This document shows positions 47,181-59,709 of a DNA stretch of 64,000 nucleotides, piece by piece. The stretch's first letter is position 1. Each line of letters opens with the position of its first letter. The DNA is from Takakia lepidozioides (taxonomy: Eukaryota > Plantae > Bryophyta), in contig CM060731.1 of the NCBI GenBank assembly GCA_030704615.1, positions 52,948,001 to 53,012,000 on the forward strand, given 5' to 3'. A program made the translations under genes and the position numbers. A model generated the notes under the pieces. It was given only the letters and a program-made list of their open reading frames with translations. It did not search any database and was not told where the DNA came from.

Positions 47181-48599
47181 GGGTTTTTTTTTTTTTTTTT
47201 TTTTTTTTAATAAATATATTTCATCCCGCAATCTGTAGTCTCTCACGCGCGATCTGCCACAGTAGCGCGACTTCAGCGCGGGGGAGGGAGCAGCACGGGG
47301 GAGGGTTTGGTTTTCCTGCTTTTGTGGTCTCGCAGTTTGTGAGATGTTTGTCCATTTCCAGTTGTGACACTTCTCGCGGTGTCATCAGTGTTGTTTATGT
47401 AGGGATACGTTACAAGAGGGTTGGCTGCTTCTGTGCGTGGGTCCAGGGTTGAATGTTGGACTAGGTGTTATGGAGGAAGGCATGGAGCATTTGTAGAAGG
47501 GAGGAAGAATGAGAGTGGGGAAGAAGATGTAGGTAGGTCTACAGGGTGTTGGATTGTGAAAGAATGACATCAGCTGGCAGAGGATCCGAGCGGCCTACAT
47601 GATTGAATGGATGGAGTTGACATGGTCCATGTACTTGCTTCTAAATATGTAATTTAATGTGTCTCTCGTCTCACCAAAGGATGGACTCATGGTGCACAAT
47701 TGTAGTAGAAAGCCGTTATAGACCTGGTTCTAACAACGACTCCATTGTCTTGTAGAACTACAGTTGTGAACAATTGCTTTCTATGCATGTGAATCATGGA
47801 AGGAGTTGTAAAGATGTGGGGATGGCAGAGTGCTCCTGCCTTGACCAAAGGTCATGTCGGCTTCTTGCGGTGTACCTATGGAAGGTCTGATATCACGCAA
47901 CATGTTGATGGGCCAGGCCAGGCGGTGGAGCAGAAATGGGTATGTAGTCTGGCAATGTGGAGACGGAAACACTTACAAGCGATGGCTATGACACCTCCCC
48001 ATCCTCCAGGGAAAACAAAGGAAGGTATTGAGATGTAATTCTTTACTTGTATTTCTATGAGTCTTTGAGCTTTGCCCGTCGGAGTGATCCATGCTCCATA
48101 TCAGCATTGATCCACCCCATCAGAAACTCCAAAAAGGTTTTATTGTAGTACAGGGGTTGTGGAGAATGTCGGCGTAATGGACACCCTTGTGTTCTGATCC
48201 TCGTAAAGTGACACATTTTGCGTGTAGCCCATAGAAATCTTGCTGAAGTTCCAAGAGGCATCAACATGTTGAGCTCATTAAGCTTAGTGTAGTGCCTGTG
48301 TGCTTAGTGTGGACTGCCTGGGCCTCTTACTGTTCCTTTTCTGCACCTCTCTCTCTCTCCCCTTCTACTTAGCAGGTTCGCTAGGGTAACGGGGAAGTTC
48401 TTAGCAGGCCGTGTTTCAATCTCTGTCCGCTCAGCTGCACCGTGGTGTTCTCACTGACCAATCCGTCATTACCTGACTACAGACACAAGTAAGCACATAC
48501 AAGAGGTCCTATTGGGTTGATGGTCAGTCAACCTCCATGGGTCATGACAGAAGGTCGCGGATAATGTGGTGAGGCACCCAGGCACAGCTGAAGACCAGG

Positions 48600-49710
48600 G
48601 ATAGAGGTCCAGATTCATCTAAGAAGGCCGGGTTTCACACACAAGATTACGTCTGATTCCCTGTGGATCAATACCTACAAGAAATCTGCCTGGGTAGATG
48701 CTAACTGGAAACAACAACGGCAGCAGCGCATTTGACACCACAAGACAAGGCTAATGAAGGTACCTTCTTCAACACATTTGAGCCTGATGGTACCATTTTA
48801 TTTGACCTGTTTCAGTGTGTTTTGCCCTCTCATCAGGCTCAGCCATGAATTTGCATATCGAATTCTGTAAGTTGGCTTGTTGGGTGGATATGTGGTGGTT
48901 TGGAGTGACTTTGCAAGTTACTGCCAATGTGGCAGCCAGAAAGTACCCAAAAACTGATAACAGAGATAAAGAGAAGCTTTGGAATGAATACTTTTTTGAC
49001 CTTTGTCAATGGTGGGACAATGTGGGTAGATGGTTAACTGGAACAGCAGCGGTAACAGCGCAATTTGAACAAGGCATTGCTAATGAAGGTACCTTCTTCA
49101 ACACATTTCAGCCTTCTTCTTCAACCTGTTTCAGCCTCTTTTGCCCTCTCATCAGGCTCAGCCCTGAATTTGAATATTGAATTCTGTAAGTTAGCTCGTT
49201 GGGATGATCTGTGGTGGTTTGGAGTGACTTTGCAAGTTACTGCCGAGGTGGCAGCAGGAAAGTATACAAAAACAGATAACAGAGATGAAAAGAAGCTTTG
49301 GAATGAGACACTTTTCAGACCTCAGTCAATGGTGGGACAATGTGGGGCGGATGGTCAACTGGAAACAGCAGCGGCAGCAGCGCAATTGATAGAGCAAGAC
49401 ACTACTGATGAAGGTACATTCTTCAACACATTTGTGGTGAGGGCACCTTCTTCTTCGACCTATTTCAGCCTGTTTTGCCCTCTCATCAGACTCATTAGCT
49501 CGTTGGAATGATTTGTGGTGGTTTGGAGTGACTTTGTAAGTTACTGTCGAGGTGGCAGCAAAAAAGTACACAAAAACAGATAACAGAGATGAAGAGAAGC
49601 TTTGGAATGAGACACTTTTCAGACCTCAGTCAATGGTGGGACAATGTGGGTGGATGGTCAACTGGAAACAGCAGCGGCAACAGCGCAATTGATAGAGCAA
49701 GGCACTACAA
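48600..49710 (+). repeat. ~300-330-bp tandem repeat (about 3.2 units) derived from an OSB (organellar ssDNA-binding, PDF-motif) gene fragment
   Basis: Anchors CTGGAA(A)CA.CA.CGG at ~48705, 49038, 49360, 49662. Translations PGFTHKITSDSLWI...WV and KLWNE.FF...WWDN match the PDF motif. Confidence 0.7.
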
Positions 49711-51141
49711 TTGAGTGTTCGGTCGGGGGTTGGCTGCAATATAGGCTGCTTATATCACTGGTCCTCTTCATGTCTAGCATGCAGCAAATGTGACACATGT
49801 GGCTGTAGTTTCCCTGCGAACAGACGGTTGAAGAAAAGGGAGAGAACGGGTCTAGGGTGGAGTGACAGACTAATGAGGCTCCGCTTAGATGTTTGTACAT
49901 TGAGTGCTACTTGGCGCGCACCTGAGTGCAGTTATAGTGTTCAACTTTGCCCCACATCTAGGACAGCGAAAAGTAAGTACGATCAGATTGGTGTGGAGGA
50001 AAAGTTGCTGGGCATTCTGTAAAGCTTTTTAAAGCTCTAATTGGTTTGCAGATTGCAGTTTGCAGGTCCCTGATGATACTGGGTTGAGGAAGACGGTCAA
50101 GATATGCTTTGTTTGTGCAATTTAGATCCAGTGTTTGATTTCTCTTTGTCATTTCAACGAGAATTTTGCAACATCTCTTTGCTTCACACCTTTTGCAGAT
50201 ATGTAGACTTGTAGGGTAGACAACTGATTCTGGATATTCATAGATAAATAGCCTGCTTGTAGTCTGGACAGAGCACGAGGGTGGAGAATGAGCAGAAGTT
50301 CATAATGGTCAAGGAATTGGTCTCTGAAACCAAGTCCCCAAAATGCCCGTCCTCGGGAATGCCCATGTAACATTCAAAAGGCCCGAGAGGGGCAGAGCAG
50401 ATGTAGGGATGAGTGGATCTCTGGCACTGAGATGGAATTCCAACATCGGCGCGGGAAGGGGAGCAGCGCCTCAGCCCATGGGGGAGGCCGAACCAGCGCA
50501 GGAGGGGGAGATAACAATGTAGGCAGCATGGTTTTTTTTTTGGTTTTTTTTTTCCCACGTTGTATCGTCTCTCACCTCTTCCTACTGCAGCAGCGCAAGC
50601 ATCAGCGCAGGGGAGGGGGCACCACACCAGCGCCGGGGGAGCAGCCGGGTATGAGTACGGGGGAGGGAGCCGCGCAGTCAGCACAACCTCCGTGGAGATT
50701 ACATTTTTTTATTTTATTTTTTTTGTCCTTTCATGGCAAAATTGTGCAGCCGAGAAGCTTCTGCTAGGGCCTTTAGCCCTCCCTCCCTCTCTTTTTCCTT
50801 TCTTACTGTAGCCAGTGCCTTGTGTTAGCATTAGGAGATCTGAAAATGGTCAATGTACATGCTCTCTTGGCTGGTCTACTGTTGCCAATGGCTTATGATA
50901 GCATTAGGAAATCTGAAAGAGGTCTACCTAATGTGCATTTGATTGCCACTCATGATACCTGAAAACTGAATTTCCACATTTGAGGATCTGTCATGGTGTC
51001 TAAAGGGGCTGAATGACTGAAATGACCTATTTTACATTTATATATATGTGTTCTACTTTGAATGTATGAGTGTTTGTGCCACCCAAGAGCTTGGATTGGG
51101 AATAGTTTGATTCAGGGAGTGTATCCAGCCATTTACATCGT

Positions 51142-53355
51142 ATGGAGCCCAATATCTTTGAAGAACTGGAGAGATGTGTTGTTCATGACACCAATGTCAA
51201 CAATGCGGGAGCTATGGAAGCTTGCCCTACGCTATGTGCATCGTCTTCTGCATCAATTCCTCTCACTTCAGCGGTCGGTGGGTCTTCCACAATATCACAG
51301 TATTCAAGCAGCTCAATGTCCGAGGAAGAGCAGTTTTCCATCCTAAACAAACAACGTGATTTTTGGAAACCTTACAATCGCACTGCTTCATCATGGACAT
51401 TTTATGCAGTTGCCAACGCGGGTCCAGTAGATGCAATACACCCGCAGTATATGAGGTGTGTGTTTTGTCATCCTGCTCCTGTGTTTGAAAAGATGCCAGG
51501 ATGTATGACTTACAACAAAGACCATGGAAACTCTGTTCTTCACAAGCATGTGAATCAGAAACATGGGGCTTTGGTTAGTAAGTGGATTGAAATGGAAAAA
51601 AATGGGCTGTATGCTCGTAGACCTGCGAAGAAGAGGCTTGGCCCTACCCCAGGGAACATATCTTCTTTATTTGGCCGTCAAACTCCATACAAGAAAGATG
51701 ATGAACAACAGAAAAGGTTCAATGAGGATTTGGTCGTGTTCATTACAAAAGAGTTGTTGCCATTGTTTTTGGTCGAATCTCCATGGCTACGAAGGGTAGT
51801 GGGGAGACAAAATAATCGTCTAGTTTTCCCTTCTCGACGCACACCTGTGAATGAAACGCTCCCATCACTGGTAGCAAAAACACAAGACTTGTACATGTCC
51901 CCATTGATATCTAGTTGTGTAACTTGTACTGTCAGTTTTGATTTGTGGATGTCAAGAGGAGGAACATATACTTTTATCATCATAGCGCACTTTCTTAATG
52001 AGCAATGGGAACCATGCCATGTGACATTGGGAATGTTTGAGACACCTGATACATCGGGGGCAGCCATGGCACGACAAGTGAATGACCTTTTGACAAAGTA
52101 TGGTTTGAATTCGCGCATCATAGCTTATGTCAAAGATGAATGAGGTAATTTGGGTACTTTGACTGCAGCTTTGAATGCAGTTGTGTCTTGTGCCCCATTG
52201 GGACTGTCTGCACCATTTGTGGGAAGTTGCTTTGGACATGCAATGTCCAAATGTTGTCAGTATGCCACGACTGATGCAAAGGTGTGCATGGATATGAGGG
52301 TTGTGTCTATAAAGGATGCTCAATCAGAGTTGCAGAAGACCATCACTTGGACCAAGAAGAGTGGAAAAGGAAGGCAAGAATGGAATGCAACATGTGTTGA
52401 TAGTGGCATTCATCCTTGCAAGCTGAAGACTCCAGTGAAAAACAGGTTTGCTTCCAAAGTGATCCTCTTTCAAGAAACTAGCTTCACTATCTTTGCAATC
52501 TCGCATACCAAGCCCACAAGTGTGGACAATTGCAAAGTCTATTTCCACAGTTCTTGGACCTGTGGTTCATGAGTGTGTTATGAACCAGTCAGGCGGATAC
52601 TGGCTGTTGTCTGATGCTCTTGCTGCAACAATTACAACTTGTGTACGCATGCGAGCAGAGAGTGTTCGAAGTTTGGGTACAGTGGATTATTGCATTGACG
52701 ATTTTGATGCAGAGTTGCAATCGTTAGAATGGCGGATGGCTCAAGAGGTGGTCCATGTATTGGGGCCATTTCTCTCATTTTTGGAAGGAGTTCAACCATT
52801 GAAAACCCACAATATGTTGGCGCCGATGCTTGATCCGCGTTTCAAGGGATTGTCCTTGGTGACACAATATGTGGGCAGAGAACAATGACATATCATTGTT
52901 CGGCATCTGACACCTTGGTGTTGGAGCCTCTTTTGGTCAAATGTTTCAAGATCTTTCACCTGGATACTACGACCCAGTCTGAGCCAAATTCCACTCAGGA
53001 TGACATGTCATTGTTTGGTTTGGAGGAGCCATGTGAGGATATGGCATTGATGGTGGTGAGAGATCAGCTTGCGCATTTCCGAAGGCAAAAAGTCACTAAC
53101 ACTGAGTGCAGTGCTCCTTTGAAATGGTAAAAATAGCACGAATTTGTATTTCCATATGTGGGATATTTGGCATGTCTCCTGTTGGGCATTGTTGGGTCTC
53201 AGATTGAATGTGAGAGGGTTTTTAGCATTGCTCCTTTGAAATGGTAGAAAAGCACGAATCTGTATTTCCATATGTGGGATATTTGACACGTCTCCTGTTG
53301 GGCATTGTTGGGTCTCAGATTGAATGTGAGAGGGTTTTTAACATTGCAGGTGTTA
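51142..53355 (+). pseudogene. hAT transposase (BED-type finger, DDE, dimerisation domain) with stops and frameshifts
   Basis: WTFY...CVFC...LHKHVNQKH; SFDLW; YVKDE*GN; CFGH; LDPRFK; SQIECERVF.IAG. Tandem duplication of ~117 bp at 53112/53229. Confidence 0.9.
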
Positions 53356-54040
53356 TGTCGTGCGCATACATATCGCTACACAACTACATCGCTGTCCAAA
53401 ACCACACAACACATGTGCACACCACACACTAGTATACCACTAGTCCACCACTAGTCCAACCACTAGGCTACAATTAGTCAGTCACTAGGCTGCCACTATG
53501 CTGCCCACTATGGCAGTCACTAGTCCACACAATAGATAAAGAAGAAGAATACAAGCACGAGCTTATGCGAGCTCACAAAGCTGAAGCATAAACTCATGCA
53601 TATATAAAATCATCACTCAAATACAAGTCAAGCCAAGTGCACCCCACGCCATGGGGAATCCACACTACGGCGGCATAGCTAGGCGCGGTGAGGCTCAACT
53701 CGAGAAAGATGAGCCTCCCGCGCTTGCCGTGAAGATAACCACTCCAGGGGCTAAATATGCATTGACCCCTGGATTGACACTTGGGCCAATCCCAAATGTC
53801 AATATGTAAAAGCTAGCTATTTCCTAGCTAGTTTCACACTAGTGGTAAAATAACTTGACAGCTGTCGTGCACATACATATCGCTACACAACTACATCGCT
53901 GTCCAAAACCACACAACACATGTGCACACCACACACTAGTATACCACTAGTCCACCACTAGTCCAACCACTAGGCTACAACTAGTCAGTCATTAGGCTGC
54001 CACTATGCTGCCCACTATGGCAGTCACTAGTCCACACAAT
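53356..54040 (-). repeat. 3' split direct repeats B1 (54040-53863) - GC - A2 (53860-53534) - B2 (53533-53356)
   Basis: B1 and B2 are 178-bp near-identical direct repeats. A2 matches 9971-10297. Junction palindrome GACAGCTGTC at 53857-53866. Confidence 0.92.
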
Positions 54041-54298
54041 CGCCCCCCTAGCTGGTGCTTAGGTCCCTCTAAGTCCAGGTAGCCACAAGATGTGATAGTG
54101 ACCATAGCCTCACTAAGTCCTCCACCACTATCCATACTACACTCAAACTCGATAGATCAAGAGGCCGAGTGCAAGAGTTGCCCCATCGTTAGTCGTCGTC
54201 TTGCAACCTGTGAACTTGAGCTTGGGATCTCATGTATTGACTCCTATGCGTTTGGCCTCCCATGTCTTGTTAGCTGCCTCCAGTCATGTGAACTGCCA

Positions 54299-54442
54299 CT
54301 ATCCCAAGCAGTGTGGACACAACCAATCTCCGTCAGGAACCTTCTCAAGAGGTGGTGTCAAGCATCCCATATGCCAACCCCTTGAGCATCGATCACACAC
54401 CAGCATGGTGGCTGCCCCTTTGGCAGACCCACAGAGCATGCA
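54299..54442 (-). CDS. PHD finger at the integrase C-terminus
   Basis: CMLC...MLVCDRCSRGWHMGCLTPPLEKVPDGDWLCPHC (C4HC3). Confidence 0.92.
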   Translation of the reverse strand, partial: CMLCGSAKGAATMLVCDRCSRGWHMGCLTPPLEKVPDGDWLCPHCLG

Positions 54443-57274
54443 CCTCAAACCTGCAGGTACCACTGCCAAGTTTGGGTGAACTCTGCCATCAACATTGGGA
54501 AGGTGACATGGCGCACAATTACGCACATGGTCCTTCCAAGTCATGCCATCCCGACCCTCCAAGATCAGGACCCCTGAGGGCAACACCTCTCGAACCCTCA
54601 GAATAACACGCCCTGCAGTAACATCTAGAGTCGTAGGAGCAGTCTACTGCAAATAAACATAGTCACCAGGGCTAAACTTCCGAACCCCAGGACAATATCC
54701 TCCACCACGTATAGTGGCATACCTCAACGTATCACGGTGCTGTGCAATGACAAGGTTCTCAAAAGCCATGGGCATGACTTTCTTGAACAACTCTGCACGC
54801 TGATCACATGCACGTACCCACATGACCGGATCGTCAAGGTTAAGGACTTGAGCAGTGTCCCTACGAATGGCTGCAGGCAAATCCGGCTCTCGGCCAAAGA
54901 GAAGGAAATATGGTGAGAAGGAGGCAAGTGATGCTTGTTTGCTGAACCTATAGCCCATGGCTAACCAAGGAACCTGAAGATCCCAATCTCCTAGGTGTCC
55001 CTTCTGCAAGCCATACTTGTGCAAACCCCTCTTCACCGTCTGAACAACTCTCTCTGCTGAGCCATCGGCCTCAGGATGATCCCGAGAAGTGGTGCGGTGG
55101 TCTATCAAGGCTTTATCACACAAAGCCTGAAACTCCCCCAAGAACTCTCTCCCTTGGTCCGTGAGTACCTCAGCTGGAGCACCAAATCAGCTAAGCACAC
55201 GATCCAAGAATGCATACGCAGCCCCCTCACTAGCCTTGTCAGGCAATGGAACCAACTCAATCCACTTGGAGAAGTGCTCCACCATCACCAACACATATCT
55301 GTGGTGACGCATAGTCAGTGGCAACGGTCCTGCGAAGTCAAGACTCCACCTGTAGCCCAATCCCATGATTGGTAAATGATGCAACTGTGGTGTAGGGGTG
55401 TTGAATGAAGCACGCACCCTGTCACACACCATGCACCTAGCCACGAACTGTTGCACCTCTATATGCATACCACGCCACCAATACTGCCCTTGTAGTAAAC
55501 TGTGAGTGCGCCGCACTCCAAAATGCCCCAACTCCTCATGGGCATGCCGCACTAACCGTGCACGCTGTGTGGGGTGAGGCATAATCCTCACCCGACCATC
55601 CTCCCACACTCGAAGTAGGTGTATCCCCTCCCACTTGAACCTCTTGGCTTGTTGCAGGATCCGATCCCTCTCCCTTGCAGTCACAGTGGCTGCCATGTCT
55701 CCCGTGCGGAGGTAGTCCAACACAGCCGAATCCTCATGTATATCTCTAGCACCACCTGGCTCATCACTAGCCTCAGGGTCCTCAGACACGCTGTCTACAG
55801 TCATCCCTGTTGTAGGTCCAACCTGACCTCCCGATGCCAAGATACACAAAAATGGAGATGCGTGCCATCCCGACACCATCTCCTCGTCCGTCTCACCATG
55901 CCTCCAAGCTCCAGTGTCATCCTGCTGGCTCATGCATGGATTGCGACTCAATCCATCCGCATCCCGATTGACCAAACCCGGTCGATGCACAACCTGAAAG
56001 TCATACTCCTAGAGTATGAGTGCCCACCGTGCAAGCTTCCCCGTAAGCTTGTCTGACTCCATCAACCACTTGAGTGGCTGGTGATCCGTGACAAGGGTGA
56101 AAAGATTGCCGTATAGATAGAACTTGAAATGTGCCACGGCCCACACTACAGCTAAGCACTCTCCCTCATATGAGCTGTACTTAGCCTCTGCAGCGTTGTT
56201 TGAGCGGCTAGCATAAGCCACTACGAACTCTCTTCCCTCATCATCCACCTGTGTGAGCACCGCTCCAAGCCCCAACATGCTCCAATCCGTATGCAGCTGA
56301 AAGGGACGCCCCCTGATAGGTCGTCTCAGGATAGGCGCCGAGGTCAACCTCGCCTTGAGCTCTTGAAAAGCTCGTTCCTGCTCATCTTCCCACTGCCACT
56401 CCTAGTCCACCTTGGTCAGCTTGGTTAGAGCCTTTGCAATGATACTAAATCCCTTGACAAACCGTCTATAATAGTTTGCCAGCCCCATGAAAGCTCGAAC
56501 TCGGCTCACATCCGTGGGGCGTGGAATTTGTGCAATGGCCTCTACCTTAGTCTGCTGTACCCCCAATCCTCCAGGATATATCATGTGACCCAGATACTCA
56601 ATCTGGTTGTGGAAAAACTTGCACTTCCCCGGATGCAACTTCAATCCGTGCGCTCTCAAGCGCTCCAATACCACCTGAAGGTGTCTCTCATGCTCCTCCA
56701 TCGTAACACTAAAGATGATGATGTCATCTATGTAGCACCGAGCAAAGTCCACCCCTGCTAGAATCCTATCCATGACTCTCTGAAACTCTGCAGGAGCATT
56801 CTTAAGCCCAAATGGTAAGAACCGCCACTGATATAGGCAATCCTTGCCGTGCTCATTGATCCCCCAGAATGCCGTCTTCTTCTTGTCCGCCTCCTTGATT
56901 GGCAACTGGTGATATCCGGATCGTAAATCCAAAGTGCTAAAGACCTTAGCATGCCTGATGGCATCAAAGATCTCCTCTGGTGTTGGCATGGCATACTTAT
57001 CGGACTTGGTCTGACGATTTACAGGCCGGTAATCACCGCACATACGTCTCTCCGTCCAATTGCCATAGACATCCTTCTTGGTTGGCATCACTATGGCTGA
57101 AGCATACTCTCCACCAGAGAGCTCCACCAAACCTGCCTCCCAGAGATCTTGAGTCCTTATCTGAATCAAAGACCTCTCCATGTCACTGTATCTATAGGGT
57201 CTCCGAAAGATTGGCGTGTCAGTGGCCAACTCAATACGGATCTCTTGACCCTTCAGTGCTCCCAAGTCCTTCAA
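54443..57274 (-). pseudogene. pol: pol: reverse transcriptase, RNase H, integrase (in-frame stops and a frameshift)
   Basis: RMCGDYR, LDLRSGYHQ, LPFGLKNAP, YIDDI; LHTDWS...EGECLAVVWAV...TDHQPL; HEELGH...CMVC, WSLDFAGP, TDQG.EF, DG.AER. Confidence 0.95.
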
Positions 57275-57729
57275 ACTGAAGGCAAAGCAATTCCTGTAAG
57301 CCCTCAGGAACCGCCGTATACGTCGTCTTTCTCCTCCGGTGACAATGGGTCCAATGTCAGGCTCCCAATTGTCCTCCGTAACTGCAACCTTAAGTCCAGT
57401 GGGCTTAGAGGTAGAGGACGCGTCCAGTGGTTGCTATGTTGCAACCTCTTGAGCAGTACTCCCTACCTGCTCAGTTAGTGACAAGGCCTCATCCTGCCCC
57501 ATCATCTCATCCTCAATGACTTCCTCCACCCGAGAGAAATCCCCAACCTCATCTTTCATCGCCACCTTGGCTGCCAACTCCCTCTGAACCTCGAGCACCT
57601 CCCACGTGTGCCATGGATGCCTGCACCCCGTGGTCCTCACATGCTCACCCCCACTCACTGCCTGTACCGTCTCGGTAGGCAAAGAGACCATCGAGGGAAG
57701 TGTACTCCGCACTCTGCATTGCTCAGCCA

Positions 57730-58690
57730 TAGCCAAGCTGATAATCCAGGTCAAGCAATTGAGATCCATTGCTTGCCCCAACACTTGACGACGTGATGCC
57801 TAAAAAAAAGACGACACCGCCGTGGTACCAGTGGTAAAACCCATTGCCCGCTCACGCTCGTCAGCATTAGGCTCCACTAACTGCTGCAACTGAGCATCCC
57901 ACAGGAGGCCAGGTCCACTATCCCTAAAAGCATGCAATCCTGGGAAGCTGAGCAGTGTAGGTAATGCTGCTCGTGGTTGACCCACCTTGTTGACCACTGC
58001 CAAAGGCGAACGGTCATCGTGTCTCACACGCTGAGACTGCCTCCCTGTGTCCAGAATGCTATCCACTGTGAGATGTGATGGCCGCTGCACCCCATCAAAT
58101 GCACGCTTGAGCAGTGCGGGTGGCATCAAGTTAGTCCACCATAGCCGTGGACGATGAGCCCGTGACCCCACTGTAGCTGCATCTAGCAACACTGCTGACC
58201 CAAGCCACGACCGGACTTGATGCACACTGGCCATCACCCTGGCCCGAGAATCGCCCATCAGTGGCACATTCTCCAAGATGTATGCTGGAGATACAGCTTG
58301 ATGAAGCTGCAAGTGGCGCAAAACCCGCACCATCTCCCAAAACAGACCCGACCTCGAGTCTCGCAATCCATTGCCATGCCTGGCTGATGAATGCCCTTGG
58401 CAGGGCCAACCTGCCACTACCAGATCAATGGAGCCAACCCGCTCCAAATCCTGCGCCCCCAGCAACGAAATGTCTGCTGGCAAGGCCTGCTGATATCCAC
58501 GAATTGCAGACATCGGCAACAACTCAGGGTACTGCTGCACCAACTGAGCAACATGGCGAAGTGAAACGCGTCGTGCAGTCTCATCTCTCTCCACATACAG
58601 GTAACGCCGAACTTGTAAACCTGCCTGTAACACAGCAGCCAATCCGGTGACGATCCCGCCAAACAAGTCCAGAAGACAAATGCCTTCATC
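57730..58690 (-). pseudogene. DNMT3-like C5 cytosine methyltransferase domain within pol; one in-frame TAG (57802-57800) before motif X
   Basis: Motif I LDLFGGIVTG, II YVERD, IV AGWPCQ (PCQ at 58405-58397), VI ILENV, VIII DAATVGSRAHRPRLWWTNL, IX ERERAMGF, X RRQVLGQAM. Confidence 0.92.
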
Positions 58691-59099
58691 CGGATACTGC
58701 CACACAATAGGTGTGGTGTCCAATGGAGACAACTGAGGTGGTCCTGGTGCAATCCCCGCACTCTCCTCCTCTCCTGACGGTACAAAAGCCTCCACCCAGG
58801 CTTCTTGCACCCGTCTATCAGCATCCCGCTGCAAATCCTTGCTCGTGCCCCACAATGGAGTCTGAGCAACCATGGTAGGCAACTCCGCCATACCATACAT
58901 GTCATCCTGCTCTCCCGTAGTTGGCACATCCTTTGAATGAGCGTTGCCCTCAAGCAACTCTCTAGGCCAACTCACTGCCGCTGTGAATGCTGCTAATGTC
59001 GGCATCTTGCCTCGCTGGGCAACCGCAACTCCTCCTATGAACGTCACAGGGAGCTGCACACGCTGGCCCTCCCCTGACTGCCATGCAGGCCTATAGGAA

Positions 59100-59420
59100 G
59101 CTGACTCCTCCCAAAAATCCAGTGTGAAGCCCATGGGGTACAACACTGCCCCACCAACCAGGACATCGTATGAGACCGCGTCTGTCACAATGGCCTTGGC
59201 TCGCATCACTGAGCCATCTGTAGGGTGATCCGGCCGTAGTCTGATAGCCAACTCATGTCGTGTCATGCCCCGAGCCTGCTCCGATTCTCCCAGAGACGTC
59301 TGTATCTGGAAAGGACAAGGCTCCATATCCGCCTCCGTGAGGCCCAAGCCTGCAATAGCAGCTTTGCCCAGCATCAGTGGCTGAGCTCCCGAGTCCAACA
59401 AGACCCGTAGTGGCCGGTAC
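59100..59420 (-). CDS. Retropepsin-type aspartic protease domain, in frame with the DNMT
   Basis: VLLDSGAQP (D at 59396-59394) ... YDVLVGGAVL in ORF 57800-59731. Confidence 0.85.
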
Positions 59421-59709
59421 CTCTTGCCTGCCGGTCCACTCAAACACAAAATGCCATCCTGGTTGTTTAACATGACAACTCCAAGTGTCACCATGGCGCG
59501 CTCAATGGTTGGCCTAGCTGGCAGCTCCATCAACCTGGCAGCTGCAGCTTGCCATGGCACCGCCGTGGCAGTCTTGACCCTCAAATCCGAGGATCCCTCC
59601 AACATTACACCTCCCACTATCTCCGCAGAAGATGAAGTAACCTCCCCACTCTCACAGAGTGTAGCTGCCAGCCTGAACACCTCAGCTGGTCTTACCCCCG
59701 GTGTCGCAA

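Larger units (their letters stand above)
46994..53355 (+). mobile_element. hAT DNA transposon, left terminus to transposase 3' end, interrupted by the Gypsy insertion
   Basis: CAGTGTT terminus at 46994 after the 8-mer GTTATAAC; GGAACC(GG) subterminal repeats; hAT transposase downstream. Right TIR/TSD not in the window, so linkage of terminus and transposase is inferred. Confidence 0.7.

Noticed and set aside
9966-53355. The two Gypsy copies as ends of one element or one inversion with a shared TSD
   Set aside because: Both contain the same leader and gag, and the flanks (GGTTG vs TGTTA) are not a matching TSD in either orientation; independent insertions are simpler.
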